DNA of 64,000 nt from Alloascoidea hylecoeti (taxonomy: Eukaryota): positions 1-64,000 of the forward strand of contig BCKZ01000032.1 of NCBI GenBank assembly GCA_001600815.1, read 5' to 3'. This document shows positions 24,589 through 36,095 of this stretch, piece after piece. Within the stretch, counting starts at the first letter, position 1; every line of letters begins with the position of its first letter. The translations under genes were made by a program, and so were the position numbers. The notes under the pieces are model-generated. The model made no database searches and was not told where the DNA came from. It saw only the letters and a program-made list of their open reading frames with translations.

Positions 24589-24692
24589 TGTTATAAATAT
24601 AGTATTTATAGAAAAAGAATATCGAAAATATCAGTTTCAAAAAAGAGAAGCACTAGCTACTAGTGAGATACATAGCGCTATTTTTTTTAACA
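24589..24692. mobile_element. Candidate short LTR (TGTTA...TAACA)
   Basis: 5-bp inverted termini; first 30 bp identical to 61591-61620. Confidence 0.5.
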
Positions 24693-26773
24693 AGATTGTT
24701 TTTCTTGAAATAAGATTTGATAGTCTGGTGTAAATATTCGCACCTTTAATACAAAATAATGCATGAGAAGAAATCATAGATACCGGTATGTTTTCTTGTA
24801 AAGCTTTCTTTACCCATGATTCTTTGGTACTTGTGTAAATAAATTGTTTAATTTAGAGTCTTCATGACCCTTTTAAAGGTAAATACTCTTAATTTCCTTG
24901 AGGAATAGTTACATTGGTAATAGTATTCTAAGGTCGATTTAAAATATCAATTGTAGTTATGGTGGTAAGTAGAGGAAGTATTCCTTCTCCATCGAGTGTG
25001 TCTACCCATTCATGTACTATTAATATTAGAGATATTATTACCAACTTTTAATGTAATATTGGTAGCAGTATAAACTCCTATATTAGTAGCCAAAGTGTGA
25101 TGATATAAATTGTAAGCGGTATACATGTATACCTAGCTACAATTATAATCTATATGAGTTATCGAAATAATTGCAATTAACTTAGATTCACCTAACTTGT
25201 ACTTTGGAAAGCTATTAGTTCTTTGATCTATAGATTCTTTGGTTTTATTTGGGATTTGTTTTTTCTTTACAGCTCATACTCATCATAACGTTAGTGATGC
25301 CTTATAGGCAATGCATTGATGAGTTAGTTTGGAACAGAATATTTTCTATTTTAAAAAGGTTGTTGAGGGAACTAGAATTTCTATCTCATCGATCGATATT
25401 CATAAATTTTTAATCCCTACATCTGTATTCTCTCGAAATCATTTTGGGGAGCTGCTATATGTTCGTTGCAATGACTTCAATTGGAGTTGATTTGTTTTTG
25501 TGGCTATATATAAGTTTATAAAGGTTTGGTTAAGGAGCTTATGCTTTTAATTTAGTTTCATAAACTTTTTCTCTTGTTTTATTACTAATAATAGACAAAA
25601 CGGCAAAGAATATTTTTTCTCAGCTGGAATCTTTAATAATACCAGACCAACCAGGGTTATAATTCAGTATATGAAACTTATATTTTCTATTTCTTGATCT
25701 CATTTAATCTTCTGACACACTTGCAAACTTACAAACTTACATAAAGGATAGGTTTCAATTGTGTGAATAGTATTAAAGCTTATGATCACTGTTAACCCTG
25801 GCGCTAAGTAGCACTATGGTTCAATTGTTGCGTACAAAAAAATATGAACTGGAGAAACTATATAGTATAGAAGTTCGAGGTATAAGCATTAGTAATGAAA
25901 TAAAATGAATTCATAAGTTATGTTATGAATTGAACTTTTTGAGCTAATACAAAAAGCTGGAATCTATAAGTTAAAAAGGTTACCACATTATATTTCAAAT
26001 AATAATAGTTTGAAATTGATTGTCAGCCATTCATTTTTATTTTTGTTTGTTTACATGTATGCAATTTTCAATTTTATTTATATTTACATACTATTCTAAA
26101 ATATTCTTATAAGTTGTGTTATGCATAGCTATATCTATAGAACTCACAACATATTCATTTTATAATTATCTTCGTTAGAAGTGATAATAGCTGCAACTAA
26201 AACGTCATCTATGCATTCATCATGATCTTCTGAAAATTTAACGTTACTTTATTAGATGAATTTAGGGTAAGTCTTTCTTGACACACAAGCAGCTTGTATT
26301 TGCTTTCTTAATTTCTTCAGTCTTTAGTTTTATAATTAGTTGTAATTCTTGATATCGCTTTAAGATCACCAAAAATCGATATCAGTCCTTAATTGTTTAA
26401 TAATATACTCGTATATTAACACAGTGTTACCAATCGGTATACTGAATATCTTCTAACACGTATAACTTTTACTTTAATCTTACTTTTGCACAGAAAATAT
26501 TACAATTATACTAGACGTCAAAGCTTCAACACCTAGTTGTAATTATAAGTTTATTTGACATTAACTCAAAATTCAATCGCAAACACAGCGGAGGCAATTA
26601 AAAACCAAGTATTCATTTAGAAAATTATATCTCCAGATCTTTTAGCTTGGTATTTCTTTCTTTCGTCTTCTTTATATATAGTGTCAAATGCGGTGAAATA
26701 AGAAAAACCAAAAAATTATCACATAAACGCATAGATAAATGCCTACTACCAAATTATGCATAGGAAGAAGGTA

Positions 26774-26915
26774 CACTCTGAATTCACCATTGTAAAAATG
26801 TCGACACTCGGTAATACGGGGCTTCGAATAGGGTTAAATAGTAAACTCCTCTATCTACAGCAGGTCATGCAGTCACTTGGTTCAGGTACATGGGACTAAA
26901 TCCTTTCTACAAAAT
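26774..26915. mobile_element. Diverged, end-eroded copy of MITE family B
   Basis: Shares TAGTAAACTC(C/T)TCTATCTACAGCAGGTCATGCAG and partial TIRs with 28198-28377. Confidence 0.8.
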
Positions 26916-27699
26916 AATTGTAACAAATTATAGGTTTATGGACTATGCATATGCATATATATACTACCCATTACTTTTATAAATTGCAGACTTTTCCTAT
27001 TTTTTTCTATACCGGTACACCTCTCCATAATAAAATTATTTTTTAACGGCAATGCGCTACGTCATTTACAACATAACATCCTCAGCTGGTGAAAAGTTCA
27101 AAGTTGAATGAAACTATTAATCAATTGAAAGTTCTCTTATTATGTGCATAGACCCCTGCAATCTTGGTCTACATTATCGATATCAATGGATTTGTAACGT
27201 TGTGAAATCTTTTCAGGGAAGGGATACCTGATCCCACAAAATGGACAAGATATTACCTTTTCTCTGTATTCAGCCAACTCATTCATACTTCGAATAGCAA
27301 AAAGTGATTAAGGTTTAAGTCCAACCACTCTAAATAAAAATATCGATACATGTATTATTATAACCATCTGTTGAGTACTCTACAAACCTTAAACTGTTTT
27401 TAAAATGGTCCGCGAATTCTAGATTATCATAGTGGGTCTTATATACCCACTAAGTGACATTTTAAGTTCAATATTTAGTGTTGGCGCTAAACGGTTGTCG
27501 ATTTTGTCACTGGACGTACGAACTTCTGCGAAGAATGAAGTCACCCGATCCATGAGGCCCAATATTTTGAAAGAGGAATAAACATTAAGTCCTTTTATAT
27601 ACACCATGCTGAAAGATCATGATTGCAGTTCCTGTCTTTTGATGCACTTTTTTGAGAGATTCCAAATGGGCCAAATGTATACATGTATATATACAGGTC

Positions 27700-28050
27700 C
27701 GGTGAAAAAGGTGATATGAGACACTGTGAATTTTATCAAAGAACTCTTCCAGAAGTATTATCTAGAAACGTATAGTGACTCCTTTTTTCTCTGCCGTTAG
27801 GAGAGGTTCTAAACTCTCAAAATTTGCTCTCCCCTTCGATAAGGTGTTACACCAGAAGAGTCATTGCCATATTTCTGTAGTTGGAACCGCACAGCCGAAG
27901 AGCCGATATTAAGCATTTGCCTACTTTGGGAATTGAGAAGCTACATGTACGTTTAGGCAGAATACTTATTTCAATCCGTTTAGCTGGCTGCAACTTCTTT
28001 TTAGAATCACAATTTCCTAAAATCTCATTTAACAGAGTTCTAGATGCCAT
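27700..28050 (-). mobile_element. Probable Tc1-like transposase N-terminal remnant
   Basis: MASRTLLNEILGNCDSKKKLQPAKRIEI then SPNGREKGVT after a frameshift; weak similarity. Confidence 0.4.
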
Positions 28051-28197
28051 TCTATAGCTATAGTATATTTGAAAAGATGGGGGATTAAAGAAAGGCGTAA
28101 GCTTAATATGCACCCAGCTGAATAATAGTGTATATAATAAATTCCTAGTTAGTAATTTAGTAGTGACATATTCAATTACGAAAAATTGCAATACATA

Positions 28198-28377
28198 CAG
28201 TTATTCCACTCTGAATTCGCCATTTTGTAGAAATGACTTCAACACTCGGTACTAAGGGGCTTATAATTGGGCTACATAGTAAACTCTTCTATCTACAGCA
28301 GGTCATGCAGCCACTCGGTTCGAGTACATGTATCGAAACCCTTTCTACAAAATGGCGAATTCAGAGTGGAAAAATTG
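28198..28377. mobile_element. MITE family B (180 bp, 36-bp TIR)
   Basis: CAGTTATTCCACTCTGAATTCGCCATTTTGTAGAAA matches the right end at 34/36; TA on the left. Confidence 0.9.
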
Positions 28378-28736
28378 TTTGTTTACTAAAGGTTATCGAA
28401 AGCCTACATTAATATCTGTATAAATGTTTCGTGAAAACTTAACGAACCTAAGCTTAATAAGGCTGGTCAAGTATAAAATACCTACTAATTAACAAGTAGT
28501 TAATATAATATTATGGAATGTTGAGTGACAGAGCTGAATACATCCTTATTTTTAAGAAGGAAAAGCATAGCACACTTCGAACTTTTAACCTTAATTATAA
28601 GTTTGATAGATTGATAAAAATTAGTTTGGGATTGCAATATACCCATAGTTAGTTTTAAGCCTGAATAAAAGTCATGAACATATATACTATTACTGTACCA
28701 ATGCTAGCTTCTGAAGGTAATTGTTTTAGGACTCAA

Positions 28737-30176
28737 TCATAAGTATAAGGGCTTCTGAGCATAAATCAAAGTTATATATTGCGAAGGAGCAGAATCTCTA
28801 AACGTCCCACGGTGGTTTGCTTCTGATTGGTGATCACAATCGACATTAATACTTGATAATCTTAAACAATAATTTTTGAATTCTTCAATTTTTTCTAGTT
28901 CACCCATAAATGATTGACCATATAAATTTACTAATTGTAACCAATAAAATTGGATCATAAAATCAGTAACATAACTTGCTGATCCACCTAAATTTGAAGC
29001 TCTTGGGAGTGCAACACATGCTTTATTAATATTTTTAAACCCAGCATCTTTTAAATGTTTATCAATTTTTCTTGATGGATATTGATCCATACCTCTTTTT
29101 GATAAGCCATTGCCATAAATCAGATCTACCCATTTTTTATCGTCGGGGTCGGGGTTTATAATTGAAAAATCCGATACAAGTAATTCAATATAACCACCTG
29201 GTTTTAAAACTCTGAAAACTTCGTTTATTGTTTGACCCCATTCAAGTCTATTCAATAAATACCATAAAGAACTTGATGCTACAGAGTCAAATAAATTATC
29301 CTTAAATGGCAATTTTGTTAATGATTGACCTTGAAAAGGTATAAAATTTGGAGGCCCGCCCCCGAAATCGTATGAAGATAATTGATAACCATAAACGACA
29401 GTATCCGGATAATCCATTGCCTTTTGCCAAGTCAATGGAGATCTTAAAACACCCTCTAAATCTAATATTGTTATGTTTTTACACTCTAAACCCTTTGATG
29501 CTAACCCTCTATTTCTCTTAATTTCTTCTCTAAATTCAGGATTTATAATAGTATGACCTTTTTGTAAGTAAATCAAAGAAGCTACGGACCATAACCCCAT
29601 CATTCCTGGGCTCAAACCTGGTTGATAGCATCTAACAAATTGTAACCAGGCTTCCCTTCTTGTTTGTGCATATATAATTGCATCGGATGGTAAACTTTTT
29701 TTCCTAAAATTTAAGTAATTTTCCCAGGCATCCTTATGGGGTTCATTTTTTTCATTTAATGATTTTATGGCTGCTTTAGCAGATACATTTTTTTCACTAC
29801 ATGTATTATTTTCATGTTCATTTTCACTATCATTACCATTTTTATTTTCATTTATATTCAGACCATTCAATGAATCATCAAAACTAATAAAATCAATATC
29901 ATTTGTATCGTGAAATATATCACCATCATCATCAAATTGTGATGAATTCTTCGAGTCTTTTAACTCCGTCGAGAAATTTGACGTATTGAATGATGAAATC
30001 GTTGGTGATAGTTGTAAAACTTCCCAGCTTGCTATCGGTCGAGGATCCGGAATATTTGACGTATTACGATTTCTGTTTATAGCTATAGAATGAGATGATA
30101 TTGAGGAAGCGTCCGAAGGCTCTAGGTACTTATTCCGTTTTCCAAAGTCCAGCTTCCGTGGGAAGAAATGACTCAT
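28737..30176 (-). CDS. Putative class I SAM-dependent methyltransferase-domain protein
   Basis: LPFKDNLFD and EVFRVLKPGGYIE motifs; low-complexity N-terminus; motif I is atypical (ILDLEG). Confidence 0.75.
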   Translation of the reverse strand: MSHFFPRKLDFGKRNKYLEPSDASSISSHSIAINRNRNTSNIPDPRPIASWEVLQLSPTISSFNTSNFSTELKDSKNSSQFDDDGDIFHDTNDIDFISFDDSLNGLNINENKNGNDSENEHENNTCSEKNVSAKAAIKSLNEKNEPHKDAWENYLNFRKKSLPSDAIIYAQTRREAWLQFVRCYQPGLSPGMMGLWSVASLIYLQKGHTIINPEFREEIKRNRGLASKGLECKNITILDLEGVLRSPLTWQKAMDYPDTVVYGYQLSSYDFGGGPPNFIPFQGQSLTKLPFKDNLFDSVASSSLWYLLNRLEWGQTINEVFRVLKPGGYIELLVSDFSIINPDPDDKKWVDLIYGNGLSKRGMDQYPSRKIDKHLKDAGFKNINKACVALPRASNLGGSASYVTDFMIQFYWLQLVNLYGQSFMGELEKIEEFKNYCLRLSSINVDCDHQSEANHRGTFRDSAPSQYITLIYAQKPLYL

Positions 30177-30444
30177 GCTGTCAAAAATATCTTTTGGTGG
30201 AAACTTTGGAAAGTCTTCTCAGCAGATCCATAATATTGTTAATTAATTGTTTATTTTGCACGTTCTTCCTTATTAAAGTTTACGGATTGGTTTAGCTGCA
30301 TTAATATTGACACTTGCAGCTAATTGCAGCTAATTGCAGCCCCAACTTTGTCCTGGAAGATTATTAATCTATTACTCATCATATCTTTAGTTACCCGGAA
30401 GTATAATTTTTGTTTCTTCACCAACTCTGCCATATTAACATTCG

Positions 30445-32223
30445 ATGTACCATACAATGTCTTCAATATCATCATTACTGCCAAAACCTAAGCATTCTTA
30501 CTCATCACAGCAGAAGAAGTCCAATAATATACAACTCAAATCAATTAATGACCTCACAACCGAACAGCAACAGCAGCTAATCACCAAAAGACAGGGTCCA
30601 CCACCATATGGCAAGAGAAGTGGTTGGAAACCACGGTCAGAACTTGATTTTGCAGACGGTGGTGCATTTCCTGAAATACCTTTAGCACAGTATCCACTTG
30701 GAATGGGTAAGAAAATATCAACTAATAAATCAAACCACTTAATTTTAAGAGGAGATAAAAATGATATAAATGAAACTATTGCAAAACAAGGACATGGTTC
30801 TGCAAGAATTGTTCAATCTTCATTTACTGATTTAATACCTTTAAAGCATAGACCTGGTGGTCAAGAAGTATCCCTAGCGAGGCCATCACAGGAAATAGTT
30901 GAACAAACTACAAAGAAAACCATGAATGCATTACAGGCTATTATTGATAATAAAGTACAACAAAATAAGCCAACAAATTTTAAGAAAAACAAAAATGAGC
31001 CAACTTATGTAAGGTATACCCCAAGTTCTAATACGGGTGGAAGTAGCACTAATCCGGCATCGCGACAACGCATAATAAAAATTGTTGATGTACAAGAAGA
31101 CCCTATGGAGCCACCAAAATTTAAACATACAAAGGTTCCTGCTGGTCCTCCATCTCCACCAGCCCCAGTTCTTCGTTCACCACCTAGAAGATTGACAGCA
31201 CAGGATCAAAAAGATTGGTATATTCCTCCTGCAATATCTAATTGGAAGAATCAAAAAGGTTTTACAATTGCTGTAGATAAACGATTAGCTACTAATGGGA
31301 GTAAACATCAAGAACATCAATTAAATGATAAACATGCAAAATTAGCAGAAGCTTTGTTTATTGCTGATAGACAGGCCAGGGAAGAAGTTAGGGATAGGGC
31401 AATTATGAGAAAGAAGTTGGCAGAGAGAGAAGCTGAAGAAAAAGAGAAGAGATTACAAGAAATGGCAGAAAATGTAAGGAAAGAAAGGATGGTTTCAGCA
31501 GCATCTTCGTCAACAAGAGAAATTGAAGACGGGCCACAATCAATATCTCGTTCAAGATCAAGAAGACGTTTATCTTCAAGGTCTCCTTCCAATTCTCGTT
31601 CACGTTCGAATTCTCCGTACCGTTATCATTCTTATTCTAGTTCTAGGTCTATATCTAGGTCTCGTTCCCGTTCTCGTTCTAACTCACCCCGTGATGATGA
31701 AAGAGAAAGAGCGGCCCATCGCCGCGCTGAAATAAATCGTGAAAGACGTAAGGAAGCTCAGAAAGAATTACGGATGTCTCGTATGGGCACCGAACGTCGT
31801 ATAAAAGCTCTTGCTAGAGATCAAGATCGTGACATTTCAGAAAAGGTAGCTTTAGGGATAGCGAAACCAAGTATAATAAATAATGGAGAAACACAATTTG
31901 ATTCCAGATTATTTTCACAAGTTAGTGCTCCATTAGGTTATAATGAGGATCAGGTTTATGATAAATCATTGTTTTCTGCACAAGAAGGTCTAAGAAGTAT
32001 CTACAGACCTTCTATTAATAATGATGACAATGAAGATAAAAGTTATGATAAGTTAGTTAAAGATGATCGTTTTGATATTATGGGAGAAGGAGCAAGTAAT
32101 GCAAGAGAAGCTGGGCCAGTTCAATTCGAAAAGGATGATCTTTTTGGCTTGAAGAGAACTGCAGGTGAAATCGACAAAGCAACAGAATATGGTTTACAGG
32201 GAGGCTCCAAAAAAAGAAAATAA
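30445..32223 (+). CDS. PRP45: Splicing factor Prp45 / SNW-SKIP
   Basis: DGGAFPEI, DPMEPPKFKH, SNWKN signature, RS-rich tract, GPVQFEK. Confidence 0.95.
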   Translation: MYHTMSSISSLLPKPKHSYSSQQKKSNNIQLKSINDLTTEQQQQLITKRQGPPPYGKRSGWKPRSELDFADGGAFPEIPLAQYPLGMGKKISTNKSNHLILRGDKNDINETIAKQGHGSARIVQSSFTDLIPLKHRPGGQEVSLARPSQEIVEQTTKKTMNALQAIIDNKVQQNKPTNFKKNKNEPTYVRYTPSSNTGGSSTNPASRQRIIKIVDVQEDPMEPPKFKHTKVPAGPPSPPAPVLRSPPRRLTAQDQKDWYIPPAISNWKNQKGFTIAVDKRLATNGSKHQEHQLNDKHAKLAEALFIADRQAREEVRDRAIMRKKLAEREAEEKEKRLQEMAENVRKERMVSAASSSTREIEDGPQSISRSRSRRRLSSRSPSNSRSRSNSPYRYHSYSSSRSISRSRSRSRSNSPRDDERERAAHRRAEINRERRKEAQKELRMSRMGTERRIKALARDQDRDISEKVALGIAKPSIINNGETQFDSRLFSQVSAPLGYNEDQVYDKSLFSAQEGLRSIYRPSINNDDNEDKSYDKLVKDDRFDIMGEGASNAREAGPVQFEKDDLFGLKRTAGEIDKATEYGLQGGSKKRK

Positions 32224-32475
32224 AGACTATTACATAACACTGTAAGAGCATACTATAATCCTGTTAACAATCTAATATAGTTGTAGTCCATTTATTATTG
32301 ACCAACTACTTGTAATTGTGAGAAACCGGACTCAGTTGCATTTTAAGAATTATAAACTTAGCACTTTTTTTCAGTCAATTCCAAGAAGACTTCCCGATAG
32401 CTATATTAATAATAGGGAAATACCTATAAATAACACCTGTGTAAGCCTTAAAACCACCAACTTCGATCATTTATC

Positions 32476-32931
32476 TTAATCTGTTTCCATTTCATTATCC
32501 AGATGTTCCTCCCGTGCCCAACCCTTTAAGTCTTCGACTATTTGTTTGTTTCCTTGTTTCACGAACTCTTCACATTTTCGTATTGTACCGCTGACTTTTT
32601 TAACTCGTATAATAACGCCACGACCTTCTAATTCTGTTATCATGCTCAAGGCAAACCACAGCATTCTGAAATGGTCACTAGAAACTCGTATTATCACAGT
32701 AGACGTTAAAGGTGATATATATTTCACCGAAATATTGGAACATAAACCAGCACCATGAGCTCCTAGATTTATTGCCAGAGACGACCTTACAGCCTTTAAG
32801 ATTGACTTGTGAGAGAGTTCAGAAATTGGCTTGTGAACTTGGATGGTATAAGGGGACTGAGATGATTTTGTGTAAGAGTCTGGAGGAGTGATTATATCAC
32901 ACAATAGATAGCGAGCTTTATATCTGACCAT
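32476..32931 (-). CDS. POP5: RNase P/MRP subunit Pop5
   Basis: MVRYKARYLL...VSGTIRKCE. Confidence 0.92.
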   Translation of the reverse strand: MVRYKARYLLCDIITPPDSYTKSSQSPYTIQVHKPISELSHKSILKAVRSSLAINLGAHGAGLCSNISVKYISPLTSTVIIRVSSDHFRMLWFALSMITELEGRGVIIRVKKVSGTIRKCEEFVKQGNKQIVEDLKGWAREEHLDNEMETD

Positions 32932-32978
32932 GTTGATATTTCATAATGTCTTAAAAAACATTTTTCAGGAAATATAAT

Positions 32979-32988
32979 GTCACGTGAT
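32979..32988. promoter_or_regulatory. Cbf1-type E-box GTCACGTGAT in the POP5/SND1 divergent promoter
   Basis: RTCACGTG match within a 173-bp divergent intergenic region. Confidence 0.5.
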
Positions 32989-33104
32989 ATTTCACTAAAA
33001 CCCAAAAGTGATAACTAAATCTGTCCTTTTCTGTTTTCTTCTTTCACCTCCTATTATTCTTCATTGATAAATCTTTCACTTACATCAATCTAATCTTCTC
33101 AATT

Positions 33105-35798
33105 ATGTCTTCCAAAAAACTGTCTGCTAAAGTCAAATCAGTCTTGTCGGGTGACACCATTATTTTGGTTTCTGCCAACCCAAGCCAAAGTCAGGAAAGA
33201 CAATTGTCATTGGCTTATGTCTCGGCCCCTCGTTTAACTTCATCAACGGCAGAACAATACGCTTTTGAATCAAGGGAATTCCTTCGAACATTATTAGTTG
33301 GTAAGACTGTCCACTTCCAAGTTTTATACGAAATTACGGCTCAATCGGGCCAAACAAGGGAATATGGTGATATTTCAGCTCCGATTTTTAATTCACTAAT
33401 TGAATATTCTTTAAAGCATGGAACTGTGAAATTAAGAGACGATGCTTCAAGGAGAGCCGAGGAAGCTAAATACACAACTTTATTGGATGCTGAAGAAACG
33501 GCAAAGGCTGAGAAATTGGGTCTGTGGGGTGAAAATTTGACGACAATTAATATCAACTCTCAGATTTCCGAGGAGTTGGAAAAAAAATCTAAAGTTGAAC
33601 CAATTCCTGCTATAATCGAAAGAGTCATCAATGGTGACCGATTGCAGGTCCGTATTTTAGCTGATGAACATAACCAAACTGTTGCAAACGTATTAATCGC
33701 TGGCATTCGTGCTCCAAGGTCATCGCCAACACAAACAAATGCAGCAGCAGCGGCAGCCCAAATTGAAGCAGAACCATATGGAGACGCAGCTAAAAAGTAT
33801 GTTGAAGCTCGTTTGCTAAATAGAAGTGTCAAAGTATCAATCATCGGCCACTCTTCCACTGGTGTTGCTATTTCCAATATTGTCCACCCAGCAGGTAACA
33901 TTGCCCAAAAGTTGGTTGAATCAGGCCTGGCTGAAATATCTGATTGGCACAGTCAATTTGTTGGATCTCAGGGTATGCTTGAATTACGTTCTGCTGAGCG
34001 TAAAGCAAAAGTTGGTAAACTGTTCATTTGGAAAGATTCCAAAACTTCTAAATTTACCGGATCTTCTAGCGATAAATTGATTACACCTGGCCGTTCATTT
34101 GAAGCTTCTGTTTCAAGAATCATTTCTGGTGACACCATCGGAATCATTCCAAAAGATACAACCACCGAACATGTTGTTCAATTAGCATCAATTCGTGGAC
34201 CACGTAAAAATGATGAGGTTACTGAGTTATATTTACCAATTGTTAAAGAATACTTACGAAAACGTTTAATTGGTAAACATATCCATGTTACAATCAACGC
34301 AATTAGACCAAAGCAAGACAAATTTGATGAACGTGCTTTAATTACTGCAACTTATAATGATAAAAACATTGCCCTTCAATTAGTAGAGGCTGGTTATGCA
34401 TATGTGATAAAGCATAGAAAAGATGATGATGATAGATCGCCAATCTGGGATTTATTATTAGAAAAAGAAACAGAAGCAGCTAAACTTAATAAAGGATTTA
34501 ATTCAAAAAAGAAACCCGAACCTGAACGTACCGCGGATGCTTCAGAAAATGCATCAAGAGCAAAATCATTTTTGAATACCTTACAGCGTCAATCTAAGAT
34601 TCCAGCAATTGTTGAATATGTTTCAAACCCATCGCGATTTAGACTTTATGTTCCTCGTGAAGGAATAAGATTAACACTTGTTCTTGGTGGCTTAAAACCA
34701 ATCAGCCAAGATGCTCCATATTCCAAACAAGCTTATGATTACGTTAATCAAAAAGCATTACAACGTGATGTTACAATTGATGTATTTAATATCGATAGAT
34801 CTGGAGGATTTATTGGTAATTTATATCTACCACAATCAAAACAGCCACTATCAATTTATTTAGTTTCACAAGGTTGGGCCCAAGTCCATGAATATTCAGC
34901 TGATCAAACACGTTTTGGTAACGTTTTATTCGATACTGAACTTGAAGCAAAAGCTGCAAAGAAAGGACACTGGAAAAATTATGTACCTGAAGAAGCAGTT
35001 GCAGTTCCAGTAGCAGCTTCATCAACTGGTAAGAAAGAGTATCTTGATGTTATAATTACCGAAATTGACAAAGAAGCTTCAATATGGTTTCAGATTTTAA
35101 ATAATGAAAGTGCTAAATTAGATGGATTTATGTCGTCTTTCAGACAATTTCATGCCAAAGGTGTTAGCACAAATGCTGTCAATCCTGGCTCTCAGCCGAC
35201 AAATCCATCACAATTTACGAAATCAAATGCCCCAAGAACTGGTGATATAGTTTCAGCAAAATTTTCCGAGGATAAAACTTGGTATCGTGCAAGAATTTTA
35301 CATGCTGATCGTCAATCACACAAATATAGTATATTATATATTGATTTTGGAAATTCAGAAACTGTTAGATTAGACAGTTTAAGACCATTACCATCTCAAT
35401 TTTCTTTAAGTGTTTTACCACAGCAAGCTCATGGCTCAGTTTTAACTTTAATTCAACCCCCACCAGCTGAGCCAACAGATTATTTAACTGATGCTCGATA
35501 CTTTTTGGAAGATGTTATTTTGGGTCGAACTTTAGTAGCTTCTATTGATGCCAAACTACCACAAAATACTTTAAGTGTTACTCTCTATGATCCAAAAAAG
35601 GCTACTTCAGATGCCAATGATTCTCTAAATAAATATGTTGTGGAAGAAGGTTGGGGTATTGTTAAGGAGAAACTTGTTGGATGGGAGACATCTTTAAAAA
35701 ATAGTCAAACTAAATTATTAGAGGCACAATCATTAGCAAGATCAGCTAGAAAAGGATGTTGGGAATACGGCGATGTTATTGGTTATGATGATGAATAA
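33105..35798 (+). CDS. SND1: Tudor staphylococcal nuclease (four SN domains, Tudor, SN)
   Basis: VLSGDT-type SN repeats, Tudor motif FSEDKTWYRA..YIDFGNSE, C-terminal GCWEYGD. Confidence 0.95.
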   Translation: MSSKKLSAKVKSVLSGDTIILVSANPSQSQERQLSLAYVSAPRLTSSTAEQYAFESREFLRTLLVGKTVHFQVLYEITAQSGQTREYGDISAPIFNSLIEYSLKHGTVKLRDDASRRAEEAKYTTLLDAEETAKAEKLGLWGENLTTININSQISEELEKKSKVEPIPAIIERVINGDRLQVRILADEHNQTVANVLIAGIRAPRSSPTQTNAAAAAAQIEAEPYGDAAKKYVEARLLNRSVKVSIIGHSSTGVAISNIVHPAGNIAQKLVESGLAEISDWHSQFVGSQGMLELRSAERKAKVGKLFIWKDSKTSKFTGSSSDKLITPGRSFEASVSRIISGDTIGIIPKDTTTEHVVQLASIRGPRKNDEVTELYLPIVKEYLRKRLIGKHIHVTINAIRPKQDKFDERALITATYNDKNIALQLVEAGYAYVIKHRKDDDDRSPIWDLLLEKETEAAKLNKGFNSKKKPEPERTADASENASRAKSFLNTLQRQSKIPAIVEYVSNPSRFRLYVPREGIRLTLVLGGLKPISQDAPYSKQAYDYVNQKALQRDVTIDVFNIDRSGGFIGNLYLPQSKQPLSIYLVSQGWAQVHEYSADQTRFGNVLFDTELEAKAAKKGHWKNYVPEEAVAVPVAASSTGKKEYLDVIITEIDKEASIWFQILNNESAKLDGFMSSFRQFHAKGVSTNAVNPGSQPTNPSQFTKSNAPRTGDIVSAKFSEDKTWYRARILHADRQSHKYSILYIDFGNSETVRLDSLRPLPSQFSLSVLPQQAHGSVLTLIQPPPAEPTDYLTDARYFLEDVILGRTLVASIDAKLPQNTLSVTLYDPKKATSDANDSLNKYVVEEGWGIVKEKLVGWETSLKNSQTKLLEAQSLARSARKGCWEYGDVIGYDDE

Positions 35799-36095
35799 TT
35801 CTATATTACTTGAACAATGATTAATATTGAAAAATCTTTCTAAAGTTAACCATTTATTAAAAAGTTATATTTTATTTTTGTTGCTCTAATTAGACTATTG
35901 GAAAAGGAAAAAAAAAGTTATAATTATTAGCTTATGATTTGTTTTTATAGATATGAATGAACCTTTTGTTTACTTAATACTGTCCGGTCTATAATGATAT
36001 ACAAAGGATATACGTAGATTTATAAACATAAGTGACGGGCATACTTCAGTTAGCGATAAGTATTTTTTGATCCATAAACTTCATCTATCCAAAAT

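Noticed and set aside
26180..26400. Possible copia integrase C-terminal fragment (NVKFSED)
   Set aside because: Too short and degenerate to support.
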